64,000 nt of DNA from Lytechinus pictus. Taxonomy: Eukaryota. Under the pieces are notes generated by a model that searched no databases, had not been told where the DNA came from, and saw only the letters and a program-made list of their open reading frames with translations. Below, in pieces: positions 1 to 30,567 of the stretch (positions are counted from its first letter, which is position 1; every line of letters begins with the position of its first letter). The DNA lies in contig NC_087252.1 in NCBI RefSeq assembly GCF_037042905.1, forward strand, positions 4,960,001 through 5,024,000, in the 5' to 3' direction. The translations under genes and the position numbers were made by a program.

Positions 1-1029
1 GATAGAATATATCGCTATGTCGAAATAATAAGCGTATTAATTACTTAGGCGGTGGAAGCGGGGGGGGGGGGTCTTCCCCCACTAAATTTGAGGTGGGGGA
101 CGGTCCCCCCTAGATTTTAGTAGAGAACCTTTTTGTTTGCTTGTCAATTTGTTTTCTACGTCCCCCCCTCCCCCCTAAATTGAGGTGGGCCCCCCTAAAA
201 TCTTTTTGTCCACCCCCCTAATTTTGGTTGATAACCTTTTTTTTTCTTGTCAAGAAATTTTGGTGGTCCCTCCTATAAATTTTGGTTGATTTGCTTGTCA
301 AAATTTTTACCTGTGTCCATCCCAAAATTTCAGGTGGACCCCCTAAATTTTTTTGCCTTCCGCCACCAATGATTAATTAAGACATGGCAAGATAAAGTAC
401 CACGCCATGTCGTCACGTTAATGGCATTTTCAAGGCTCCATACTAGGGGTAATTATCCGGGGTAATTATCTGGAGGGTAAATTTCCGGGGGGGGGGGGTA
501 TCAGTCCCCGCCGGTAAAAATATGGGGATAATATTTTCCTTGAAGTAGTTGTCAGGGGTGATTGCCCTAATTGGGTTATTGTTATAGAACCCAGGCGCGG
601 ATCCAGGATTTCGTGGGGAGGGAGGGGGGGGGGCAAATTTGACCTGATTTTTGGTGCCCATATGTGTACTTTTCGAAAAATGGCGCCCACTCCCTCCCGG
701 CCAGGCTAACTAAAGTGCCTTAAATGGATTTTGAATTATCTTATAATCACATAAAAAAAAAACCAAAGACCACTTTTTCATGTGTTCTTGAAAAAAAAAA
801 TCCATGAATATATAATGTAATATCAATGGGAGCGCAAAGCATGAGCGATTTTTTTTTTTTGGGGGGGGGGGTTCAATTTGGTTTAACTTCTTACCAGAGT
901 AGGCCCTACTAGAATATTCTGTGAACGGGAGCTGTAGTTTCTGTACTGTTGTGTTAGAATACCCTTCAATAATATTAATGATAACCTCTTGGGAATAATG
1001 CAATCTCGAAGCAATCGACTAATTCTCCT

Positions 1030-3300
1030 CATCAGTGGCGTATTTATTCAGCATGGTGCACGGGGGGGGGGGGGGGGGGGTGGGTGGCGAGGGCACCAAG
1101 TTAAAAAAAAAAATGAAATGGGGGGGGGGTAGACGTCAAAGAAAATCTGATATTTCATTCTTAAAAACAAATTGAGGTATCTCACAAGGCCTAAATAAAT
1201 AATGAGAACGCGAAGCGCGATCTGATTTTTTTTTATAGATTTATCATGTATTATATCCTGAAAGCCTAAGTCAGGGGCGGACCCAGCTTCCGCCATTAGG
1301 GGGAGGGGCCATTTTTTCACCCATATTTTCCCCGATCGGCCGCTCAAAGTTGATTTTTTTTTTGTTTCTTTGAAGGGGTTGTCCCAGTGCCGTAATGAGC
1401 CAACAATTTCGAGGGGGCTCGATATGGTGTATCGCATAAAATTAATAAGAAGTTGCCAGTGAGCGAAGCGAGCAAGCAAATATGCTGACATTTTTATTAC
1501 AAAAATACAAGGTTGTGATAGATTTTGACATAATATTTGGAAAATAATATTATATTTCATCCTAATCCCTTTTCTTTTCTCTCTATTTTTTCTTAGTCTT
1601 GATTCTCTCTTTTTTTTTTTTTTTTTTTTTTTTTTTGGGGGGGGGGGGTGGGCAAAACGCCCATGTCCTAACAGTCATTTCCTAGCTTTACTTTATTAGC
1701 AACATAAATGTGTAATAATCTCTTAAGCCCTATGTAATCTAAAAATGAAATTTCATGTATTTTGTCCTGAAAATTGAACATTTTGGGCAATGTTTGTGAA
1801 CCTGAACAGCGTATATAACTAGATAATTACCACGAGCGCGAAGCCGAGCAGAAATGTTAAATATTCGTTCTGGCCTGGTCGAAAAGGGACATGTTAAGGA
1901 TGTTTTGCAGTTAGCCATTTAGACGATACATATTTCAACGATTAAATAATGCGAGCGCGAAGCGCGAGCTGAACATTTTTGATATTCTGATTCGAAACTG
2001 GATAATTTTAGCACATTTTGAATAAGATCAAGCTTTGTATCCTAAAAACATGCGTGCGCGTGTTTTAGAGTTAGACAGAATCCTGGCAATCTGAATACAT
2101 TTCATTTTTCATCATAAAAATCAATAATGCGAGCGCAGAGCCCGAGCTGAAAATAATATTTGAAATTCCGATATGAAAAGGGTCAATTTAAGCACTGTTT
2201 ACAGCACTGTTTACAGCACTGTGTATATAGGGAAATTTGATAGCACTATATAAATAATGCGAGCGCGAAGCGCGAGCTGATATTTTATTATTTATTTGAC
2301 CTAGGATCGAGACATTTTAGGCCTAAGGACATTTTGTCATCATATAAGAATGATGACTATCTTCTCTTTGTTTTCCTAAAAATTTATTTCTGAAAAAGGG
2401 ACAATTTAGTTATAATGAATTTATACAAATTTTATTTCATATTTATTAATCTGTTAAGCCTAATGAGTGTGTGAAATTTGTTGACAGTGCATGAGGCCTG
2501 AAAACTGGATATTTTAAGTATTTTTGTAATCATGAATAGGATTCATTGATTGATATATTTTTAGCAAATAATGCGAGCGCAAATCGCGATCCGGATTTTT
2601 CTTTTAATGGGGGGATTTAAGTAGTTTGTTATAAAATTAATATATAGGTATACATAACTCACCAATCAAAACGCGAGCGCACAGCGCTAGCTCATAGGCC
2701 TTTATTATTTTTTTTTATAATCGAGACACCTGAAAAGGTATATTTAGAGAATCTTATATGAAATATAAAAAGACAATACATAGGCCTACTTGGCATATAG
2801 TGCGAGCGCACAAAATGTTGCAAATGTTGATTCAAACCATAAAACGGACATTTTCCAGAGCACTTAAAACATAAATTGGTAAATAAAACAAAATAATGAA
2901 AGATCGATGTCCGAGCTGAATTATGTTTTGTATATTGATATCAAAACTTGATATTTTAAACTACATATCAGCTTATTGAGCTGTATTTATATACTGACTT
3001 AAGAAGGACTAAGGTATAATTCCTATTCTAATTGCTTGTCCTTTTCTCTTCCTTTTTTCTGTTTCTTACCCCTTTTTGCGCCACCATGGAGGGGGGCAAA
3101 ATCTTTGCCCCCTGGATCGACCTATGTATGTTGACTTGAAAAACACTAACACTTACATGTGGGATTGAAGCAGAGGATGCATACCTCATTAATCAAATAT
3201 TGCGAGCGCTTAGCGCGAGATGAATTTGACAATAACCCTTTTTTGTGACCCTGAACAGGTTATCTATCTCGCTAAACAGACTTAAAACTCGAAAACATTT
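1030..3300. repeat. Interspersed repeat with recurring GCGAGCGCGAAGCGCGAGC motif
   Basis: Motif recurs about every 100-150 bp; the reverse-complement form occurs at 6730-7780 and 48800-49720. Confidence 0.75.
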
Positions 3301-3675
3301 TTTTTTCTGTTATCGTAAAAACGGGATATTTTAATTCAGCCGCATTAATTGAAGTTTTTTTGGCAGGACGTATATTTTACTATAAACAGGCAATGTTGCG
3401 TCCCCGGTCGAAAATGAATTTGCATGAAGCCCTCTAAGTTCAAGGACAATTTGGCGCCCTCGGTTGAAAATAAACTTGGCGCCCCCATCATGTGAAATAT
3501 AACTTTGCCCTCCCTCCCCTCTCTGAAACATGTATTTGTCGCATTATGGTCAAAATTCAAATTAGCGCTCCCCTAGTTCGAACATCAATTTGGTGCCCCG
3601 CTAGATCGAACATCAATTCGGCGCCCCATAGTTCGAACGTCATTTTGGCGCCATCAAATCGACGTCCAGGTCAAC

Positions 3676-4400
3676 ATCTCCCTCTTCCGTTTCCCATCTC
3701 CTTTTCTTTCTTTTTTCTTTCTTTTATCCTCATTCCCCTCCCTTCCTTTCTCTTTCTTTCTCTCTTTCTTTCCCCCTCTTCTTTTCCCCCCTTTCTTCTC
3801 TTTCCCCCATCTTTTCTTACCCCCTTTTCTTCTCTTTTTGCTGTCTTTTCTTTCCCTCTTTTCTCGTTTTCCTCTCTTCCCACTTACTCTCTCTCTTTTT
3901 TCTTCTTCTTTTCCCCCTTTTCCTTACTCTGTTCTTTTCTTTTCCCTCTTCCACTTTTTTTCTCTTTTCCCCTTTACTTCTCCCTTTTTCTTTTTCTTTT
4001 TCTTTCCTTCTCCCTTTTTTCTCTTTTAATATTTTTTCTTCTCTCTCTCCCTTTCCTCCCTCTCTCTCTTTCTTCTCTTCTTCCCCTCTTCATCTCTCTC
4101 TCTCTTTTTTCTTATCTTTCTTCCCATCTTCCTCTCTATTTAAATATTCTTCTCTTCGTTCCTCATTTTTTTCTTCTTTTTCCTCCTTTTCCTTTCTCCT
4201 TTCTATTCTTCTCTTCCTTTTCCCTCCTCTTTTTTCCCTCTTCTTTCCCCTTTTCTTCTCCCTTTTTTCTTTGTCTTTCCTTTCCCCTTTTTCTTCTCTT
4301 CCTTTCTCCTTCTTACTCTCTTTTCTATTCTCTTCTTTTCCCATCTTCCTCTTTCTTTTTTTATTCTCTCCCTTTTCCCCTCTTCCCCCTCTTTTTTTTT
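3676..4400. repeat. CT-rich low-complexity tract
   Basis: Almost pure pyrimidine; gives spurious F/L/S/P and K/R/E ORFs. Confidence 0.95.
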
Positions 4401-4546
4401 TGAGCTGGGGGTGGGGGGGGGGGTGAGGCAGTTCCCCCTCGGCCCTCCATGGATCCACACCTGATAGAACCCCATGGCCTCGTATCATTTGACCTTTGGA
4501 CCTCTCGATGACATTTGATATATCTGATCATAATTTTACACACACT

Positions 4547-4654
4547 GCGGACTATCGGACCCGCGGTCTATCGGACCCGCGGTCTATCGGACCCGCGGTC
4601 TATCGGACCCGCGGTCTAACGGACCCGCGGTCTATCGGACCCGCGGTCTATCGG
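4547..4654. repeat. 16-bp minisatellite (CTATCGGACCCGCGGT)n
   Basis: About 6.5 near-perfect copies. Confidence 0.9.
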
Positions 4655-4822
4655 GATGTCCCCTAATAATTAAATTGTCCCTTTTGTTTCATCTCGCGCT
4701 TAGCAAGAGGAAAAGGAAGACAGTCATCATTTGCATAAATTATGAGGACATGTCCTATATAAGGATGTCCTGGTCCTATGTCAAAACTCAGTCTCAAAGC
4801 AATATGAATAATGAAAAATATC

Positions 4823-6634
4823 GGTGCCAGGTAAAAATGGCAGAGGTAATAATGGCAGAGGTAAAAATGGCAGAGGTGAAAATGACAGAGGTAAAAATGG
4901 CAGAGGTAAAAATGGCAGAGGTAAAAATGGCAGAGGTAAAACTGGCAGAGGTAATAATGGCAGAGGTAAAAATGGCAGAGGTAAAAATGGCAGAAGTAAA
5001 AATGGCAGAGGTAATAATGGCAGAGGTAAAAATGGCAGAGGTAAAAATGGCAGAGGTAAAAATGGGTAAAAACCGCAGAGGTAAAAAGAGCAGAGGCATA
5101 AATGACAAGAGGTAAAAATGGAAGATGTGATAATGACAGCTGTAAAAGTGGCCGAGGTACATGTGCACTATTAAAAAAACCATAGATTCTACAGAAAAAA
5201 AATTAAAAGACAGGTTTTACAGAAATAAAAAATAATTTTGTAAATTATAATAACAGGAGGATTTTCCACAATTTTTCTACAATTTTACAAAACAGATGTT
5301 TTAAAAAAAGGGGAAAACAGTTTTATTACAATAAATTTGTAAGGGTACACGCACAAAATACCAATATTCTGTAATTTTACACAATTAATGCATGTAAGAT
5401 TACACAGTGCAGTAAGATTACAGCTGTTCTCCAGACTCTGTTGCAGGAATTTTTGATTTTTAAGTATAAATTTTCTAACAGTGTAAAAAATGGCGGAGTT
5501 GAAAATGGCAAAGGTATAGATGGCATGCAGAGGCAAAAATGAAAGAGATATGGGGTGCTGGTTTGTTAAAAAGCCGAGAAAAAAAGTTTTCACTCCAAAA
5601 TGAAAGGGGATTTGGTTAAGGGGGAAAATGACACAAAAAATTATTTCAACTAAATGAAGTTCTTTTAGGTCAGAAAAAGAATTACAACAAAAATAATAAC
5701 AATTAGATAATAAACAATGTTTTTCTTCTGTTTGAAAAATAACAGAGATTTGTATCAAATCTCTACATTTTAGCATAATAATTTTATATATACCAAGCTA
5801 TTTACCAAAAGGGTGCTGCTTATGGTGTACAAAATCCCCAACAGCACTTCCGCTTCCAAGGGTTATGACCATCAAGGCATTTATATCATATTGGATGCAG
5901 TGGTAAAGGTTCAGGGTCTTCTTTTATGCAAAGAATCTGAACCAGACGACCCCCCTCGATCGACCCCGAATTGGTTTACCAGTCAAAACAAGATTATTAT
6001 TGATTTTCATAATCAGTTACATATTCACTGCCAAGCCTGGGAACGCATGCTTATAGTCATTCAAATATTTAAAAAGAATAGTACAGACGACATTACAAAT
6101 AAGGACATAATATTTAACCACAATCATTCGTGACTATTTCAACGTCTAAGCTTTCCCCGCTATGTTCTCTATGTTTTTCCACGCCCCCTAACCCTCTCTG
6201 TCTCTCCACCTCTCTTATGTCTACTCTTCCTCCTTTTTTGCATCGGTAAACCTGGCAAAACTTTAGATATACTAAAAAACCAGCCAGACAAAAAGGAATG
6301 TTATAAAATGATGAATGAGAATAGTGCAATTTCATTTTGCTCCTGATAAATTGAATGAAAAAATATCTGTCGTTTGATTTCTTTTTAAAAAGCGTTCACG
6401 GTACACCTGCAACGAATTCGTACAAAGCATTGTTAGGCCGATATAGACATAATGATGAAATGACTAACCGTGACATGCACTTCTTATTTAATGTATGTAC
6501 TTGCGGGGGCTTTTTGACAATTCATTGCATGGGGGTTTAAGACTGGCCATATTATTTTTACCTATAGAGCTGTCATTTTTACATCTGCCATTTTACCTCT
6601 GCCATTATTACCTCTGCCATTTTTACACCGAGCC
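4823..6634. mobile_element. Foldback-type element with minisatellite inverted arms, 8-bp TSD
   Basis: 15-bp unit GAGGTAAAAATGGCA about 20 times at the left end and a few reverse-complement units at 6570-6627. AAAATATC duplicated at 4815-4822 and 6635-6642. Confidence 0.8.
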
Positions 6635-6780
6635 AAAATATCAGCTCTTTATTAAGTGCGATCCATATCCACCTCACAATTTTCCTACAAAGTGCTTGAT
6701 ATATATAGAGCTGAAATATGAAATAGTTTAAGCTCACGCTTCGCGCTCGCTTTGATTTTCATGATAAAAGATGTATTTAG

Positions 6781-6934
6781 CAGGGGCCGCGGAACGGTTT
6801 TCAAAGTGGGGGGGGGGGGGGGGGCTGACCATGCAAAAAATCACAATCATATGGTCATTTTTACGTTTTTGTACACGCTTTTTGAAAAAAGTGGGGGAGG
6901 GGGGGCTGAAGCCCCCCCCAGCCCGCGGCCCCTG
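6781..6934. mobile_element. Short MITE with 5-bp TSD
   Basis: CAGGGGCCGCGG / CCGCGGCCCCTG termini, TTTAG on both sides. Confidence 0.75.
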
Positions 6935-8629
6935 TTTAGAATGCCTAGATTCTAGGTCTAAATCTGAAACACGCGCGCATGTTTATTCAGATACTCAACT
7001 TGTGCTCTATGTAAATCATTATCCAGTTTCAGATCACAATATCAAAAATGTTCTGCTCGCTCTTTGTGCTCGCATTATTAGTGTATAGGAAGATCCCCTA
7101 TTACTCATCCTTTTCATGATTTACAAAACATGAACAGAGTGTACCGTTTTTAGGTCTAAATCTCGTTTTTTTCGCTCGCGCTTCGCGCTCGCATCAATTG
7201 TTTAGTTATATAACTATCCTGTTCACGATTACAAACATTTTCAATGCTTTATGTATACAAATGTCAATTTATTTTTAGCTCGCGCTTTGCGCTCGCATTA
7301 TTAATTATTGAAATATTATGTAACGTCTTCATGGTTAAGTGCAAGCAGTCCTTACCAGGTGAATCAGTTCAAAACGTGTATATAAATTTTCTGCCTGCGC
7401 TTTGCGCTCGCATTATTAATGTAAGGAAGACCCCAATTACTCATCCTTTTCATGATTTACAAAACATGAATAGAGTGTCTCGTTTTTAGGTCTAAATCTC
7501 GAAATTTTCCGCTCGCGCTTCGCGAAAAAAATTGCTTACAATTTCCATTCTTTAGGTCAAAATGTCAAAAAAAAATTCAGCTCGCGCTCTCATTGTTTGA
7601 TTGTTGAAATATGCAACGTCTTCATGGCTAATAGCAAGCAGTCTCGCGCTTCGCGTTCGTAATAATTAGTTAATTGCACATACATCTTTCTCAGGATAAC
7701 AAACATTGCCCAGATTATTCAAATTTTACGAAAAATACATGAAATTTTCAAAAAAATTTAGCTCGCGCTTCGCGCTCGCATTATATAGATAAGGATTATG
7801 ATATGATATATTTATGTTGATTTATAAGCATAAAGCTAAGAAGTTACTATGAGGACTACCCTTCAAAGAAACATACATAAATCATCTTCGAGCGGCCGAT
7901 CAGGGAAAATATTGCTGAAAAAAAATTCAGGGCCCCCCATATCGGCGATGGCTGGATCCGCCCCTGAAACAGCGCCCATAAAACAGTTCCTTTCAAAATA
8001 TGTTTACCTTCAAATGTTATCTCTCTTTTCATTGTAAAAATCCCTTTCCACCACTTCTCAGCTCTGATGAAGACAGTGCCCCCATTTCATAGTCTGCAGG
8101 CACAATATTGTCAATATATATATCCTTAAAATTGTTTTTGATAAACTTTACATTACCGGCACTATTACTTCAGGCATGCAGAAACGGAAGATGACGGTGA
8201 GAATACCGGTTATTATGCACTCAATTCTTCTTTTGACATGGAGGTTCCCTACGTCGTACACACGTTCCGCAGCCCCTGGTCCTACAAAAAAATTGTATAC
8301 GCTTTCCTTTCCTTTTTCTCTTTTTTTTTGGCGCGAGCTAACTAACAGGGTTAGATTTTTTTTTTGTCTTGGTCGTTAAACTTTTTTATTTATCATTATT
8401 ATTATTTTTTGAGGGAGCTTCTTCTTTTTGACTGGCGATTAGTCATATTTGCATATTGTCGCCACTGACTTTATCTTAGAAATATCACTTCTCACATGCA
8501 CATGATAATAGGCCCTATTATCACCAATATGAAAATGGTATCTTGTGCATCTTTGAATTTAATAAAAAGTTGAGAATTTCTCAGCGCACCCGGTGCGTCC
8601 ATGCTATACCTGTAAGTACTTGGAAAATT

Positions 8630-8830
8630 GAAATTATTTTCGCCAATAGATGGCGGTCGTCATTCAGCTTCGATCTATCAAAACACATGACATGTGCAAA
8701 TTTGGCGCGCCAGTTTTAATGAGATCGCAAGTGGTGAGTGGTACGGTACGAGTACGACTGCAGCTGTGCGAGCTGGACTGAAGTGAGCGGGAACTGGAAA
8801 GCATTTGCGCCGTTGGCAGCCGCCCAGGTA
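8630..8830 (+). promoter_or_regulatory. Putative Chk1 promoter and non-coding first exon
   Basis: Locally CpG-rich. E2F-type TTTGGCGCG at 8701 (another near 8327), CCAAT at 8643, YY1-like AGATGGCGG at 8648, candidate donor CAG|GTAGTT at 8828. The ATG exon starts after an acceptor at 12520, so an upstream exon is required. Confidence 0.5.
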
Positions 8831-9696
8831 GTTATCAAGCTCTGACTGAGTCTCCGCTGCGGGTACGTCAATTTTTTTTTAAATATTCAATATTGTTACA
8901 CTTACATACACATCATTTCCATGACCGTTTCTATGAAATTTGATTACGGTCTTATGAATCATTAAAAAATGACAATTTGTGATGTCAGAGTAGAGTTCTA
9001 AGAAATTCTGAGATCTAACGTTGTTAAATTAAATATTCTAAAACTTTAACTTTTTAAATTTCTAAAACTTTAGTTTAGAAAATTAATTGTCACTAACGTA
9101 ATGAACGTTAGTCTACTTGACTTGCCACTGGTCTGCTGAGTGAGTTGACTTAACTTCCGACCATTTTTTTTTTCATGATGCATCATGTCCGTAATGTTAA
9201 GTTGATAAGTTGTTAATGTTATGGTAGATGATGGGTTTACACAATCACAATGTCTGACTCTGAGTCTGACTGAGTTGTGTAACTAAATAATTGGGTATTG
9301 CAATAAAATGTTTGCAATAAATTGCACATACTCACATAGTCTATTTTGTTTAGTTGCATTTTTTTACAAATTATTATGCCGAGTCATGGAATTTCTCACA
9401 CAAAGTTGGTCTTGTCTTGGCAACTCTGAATTAAAATCATTTTTAGCTGTATGTTTGCAAACGGATGACATTCCGTTTTGCAAGAATCGGATCTGCAATC
9501 ACAAATTTGCAATTTACGTAAGTTGCAAAACAATTGTTATGAATGAATTAGCGACCAAAAATTGATGTGCAATTGATCGCAAGTTTCTTGCAACAGTCAC
9601 ACTGGAAAATTCTTTCAGGCACGGTTGTGAAATAATTTGTTTTTTGTACTGTAGAGTGATAGAGTCTAGTGTTGATCAATATAGTCTACTCAAGGT

Positions 9697-11041
9697 CAGG
9701 GTGACCAGACGTCCCGTATTTCCTGGGATCGTCCCATATTTTACTCCTTTGTTCCGGCGTCCCGACAAACCCTTCCCGGGACGCCTATTTGTCCCGTATT
9801 TCATGATATTGAACAAAATGTAGTTAATACATTTTAAAAGTGACAAATTTTCATCAAATAACCAACAGATATGACGAAGCAGAGACAACAATAAAATCGA
9901 TAACTAAACTTTTGCAGGTTCTGTGGTTTTTTTTATTGCTAACCCAATACATTGCAAACGAACTGGCCTCCTGCCTGTGTGTGGCAGGCTATACTAGCTA
10001 GGCATGTAGGATCAGAGCAGATTCTCAATGGTGCAAGCAATCTCACATGATGAACAGTTTTTCCACCAAAATAATCACAAAATCAGCCGGAAATTTGTAT
10101 AATTATATTACATTATGGATTCTCAGATTACAGATTTGGAGATGTAATTGGAGGAACAAGTTATTGAGTTTTCATAACTAGATCTCATTGTTTCAGCTTT
10201 TGTTTTGAGTCTTGGGGATCTTGTTGTGTATGATGCTGCAGCGATGTTTCATCTAATTTTTAAGTTTGAAAATGTTTCACTTTGAAATTTTATTCATTTC
10301 TAAAAGTACATTTTGATTTTTTTTTTATTATAAAAGCATTTAAAAACACCATGATTTGTTAGATGATTTTTTTTGTTTGCTTGAAGTTTGAACTTTTTCC
10401 TCTTTCTTTCTTTTCTATCCTTCTTTCTCCATCCTTCCTGCTTGCCCTTTTTTGGCTATCTATCTTTATTTCCTTTTTTTTTCCTGAACCTTTCTCTCTG
10501 TTCATTTTTCTTTCTCTTACTTTCCTTCTTTCTTAAATTTCCTTTTTTTCCTTCATTCTTTCTTTCCTTAAACTTTTCTTTGCTTCCTTCTCCCTTTCAT
10601 TTTTCTTTTCCTTCTTTCTCTCCTTCCATTTTTTCTTTTTTTTCTTTTTTTTCATTCTCTCCTCCCTTCATTCTTTCCTCCCTCTCTTTCCTCCTTTCTT
10701 TCATTCTTTATTTCATTTTTTCCTTCTAATTCTTTTCCCTTCCTTCCAATCCTCCCTCTCTTTCCTCCTTTCTTTCATTCTTTATTTCATTTTTTTCCTT
10801 CTAATTCTTTTCCCTTATTCTTTCTTTCCCTTCCTTCCAATCCTCCCTTCCTGTTTTTCTTCTTTCTTTGTTTCTTTCTTTCAAAGAATGAAGGAAACAC
10901 ATTTTTTAATCCTTCATTCTTTCGTTCACCCTCCTTTCCAATTCTTTATATTTTTTCACAAGTCTAACACTGTGTAGCCTTCGTTTTTGATGTTTTTTGT
11001 CGATTGTCCCATATTTCATTTTGTGAAATCTGGTCACCCTG
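9697..11041. mobile_element. Non-autonomous hAT element (Blackjack-like termini)
   Basis: TIR CAGGGTGACCAGA / TCTGGTCACCCTG, perfect 8-bp TSD CTCAAGGT, internal polypyrimidine tract 10390-10880. Confidence 0.88.
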
Positions 11042-11449
11042 CTCAAGGTACAAAAAAAAGAATTCTCAATTTTTTTAAGAAAATGACATTTCAATGAGTT
11101 TTTTTAAATACACTGTATATGGGGAAGCTGCATGCTCGCATGACATCACAAATCAAAAAATGAAAATTCTAATAACAAGTTATTGATTGATTTTCATCAA
11201 AGTATATTAACAATAAAATATTTATCAGGGGGAACTTCCCTTTTAAGTTTAAGTTTAATTCCTCAAAATGTGTGCACCAAATTGTATGTGTTAGTGTGAT
11301 TGTGAGCACCATGACCTAAATCAAATCTAGTATGACTCACAGGTACGACTAGACCGATACTCTACAAAGAGGACTGAACAGAACTCAATGGAGGAAGAAT
11401 GCATGGCACCATAGTTTGAAACAGTCATGTCATTGTGTAATGGATAGTT

Positions 11450-12143
11450 ATACCTTTACCTTTACCCGAGATTCTGGAAGAATGCTGATGATCCCAGCAG
11501 TCGTGCTTCCAGTTCAAGTCCTTCATCTGTCTCGTTACTTAGGTATCTTCATAGCAGTCTAGCTTGGAAATCTGCTCCGTCCTCAATATTAGTGTGGTTT
11601 ATGCATCATAGGGTGAGCAGTACCGCTGGTCTGCCCACACCTTGTCTAGCCTTATTTTTAAACTGTTCACCGTCTGAGCAGTGACTACCTCTTCGGGCAG
11701 CGAATTCCAGTCGTTTATGATACGCTGGCTGAAAACATCTTGTCTGATCTTCGTCAAGTTCTTCAGTTCTTCAAGCTATACTGACTGCCTCCTTCAATCC
11801 TGAAGATTCTTGCAGTATTGTAGTACCGGGGACCGGCAGGTGCAATACATCGGGTTAACACCCTACTCTTTGACGAATAGTGTATTGGTTTTAACGTGCA
11901 TAGGTTGTGACTCTCCTATAGACGGGACCAACATTCGTCCTTTCCGACGGACGGAGTGTTTTCCAACTGCATTCACACCCGCACTGAACACAGCGTTGAG
12001 GCACGCTAACACACAACGCTAGCATCAGTTCTTTTTTTTTGTTAGACGTCTTCCGGCATGCTGCGGTACTCGAACCCACGCACGTTTAGATGTACGATCT
12101 TATCCGGAACAAGCACTCTAACCGACTGAGCTACGCTGCCTCC
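11450..12143 (-). mobile_element. tRNA-headed SINE-like element with CR1 LINE-derived 3' tail
   Basis: Minus strand: A box GTAGCTCAGTCGGTTAGAG and B box GGTTCGAGTACC. 11748-11599 translates to IRQDVFSQRIINDWNSLPEEVVTAQTVNSLKIRLDKVW, like the CR1 ORF2 C-terminus. Ends in short GGTAAA repeats. Confidence 0.7.
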
Positions 12144-12559
12144 CTCTTTAAAAAAGGAGTACAAATTTTAATTTGCTACACAGGCTCAGCTAAAATTGGT
12201 CCAACAATTGTAAAATTGAAATATAAATTTGCAATTGATTGCAAGTATTTTCTTGAGGGTCTGACTCTGAGGGTAAAATTGTGCTTTTTTGTTTTGGTAT
12301 TGGGTCCTGTTTCATAAAGACTTGTTATAAATAAATTGAAATGGAAATGATAATGCTAAACACATACTTTCTATAACACTATGAGCAAATCAAATGATTC
12401 CAGAAGCTTAAAGCTGTTATTGGAAATTCGTTATTATACTATAACAAGCTTTATAAAATGGCCCCCTGGACTCTATATATCTGACTTAATTTTTTTTATT
12501 TCTTTTTATTAACACTGCAGAATCTTTCTAAAAGTGAGTGGTGAAAATATGCAGTAACC

Positions 12560-30567
<18,008 letters not shown>

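Noticed and set aside
3492-4488. 303-aa F/L/S-rich ORF and opposite-strand K/R/E-rich ORFs
   Set aside because: Products of a CT low-complexity tract; the same applies at 10388-10729 and 53193-53399.
4547-4654. Possible CRISPR-like array
   Set aside because: Head-to-tail 16-mers with no spacers, in a eukaryotic context.
4675-5183. Repetitive ORFs (AEVKM)n, (GKNGR)n and (SAIFT)n
   Set aside because: Translations of a 15-bp minisatellite in a transposon arm, open in several frames.
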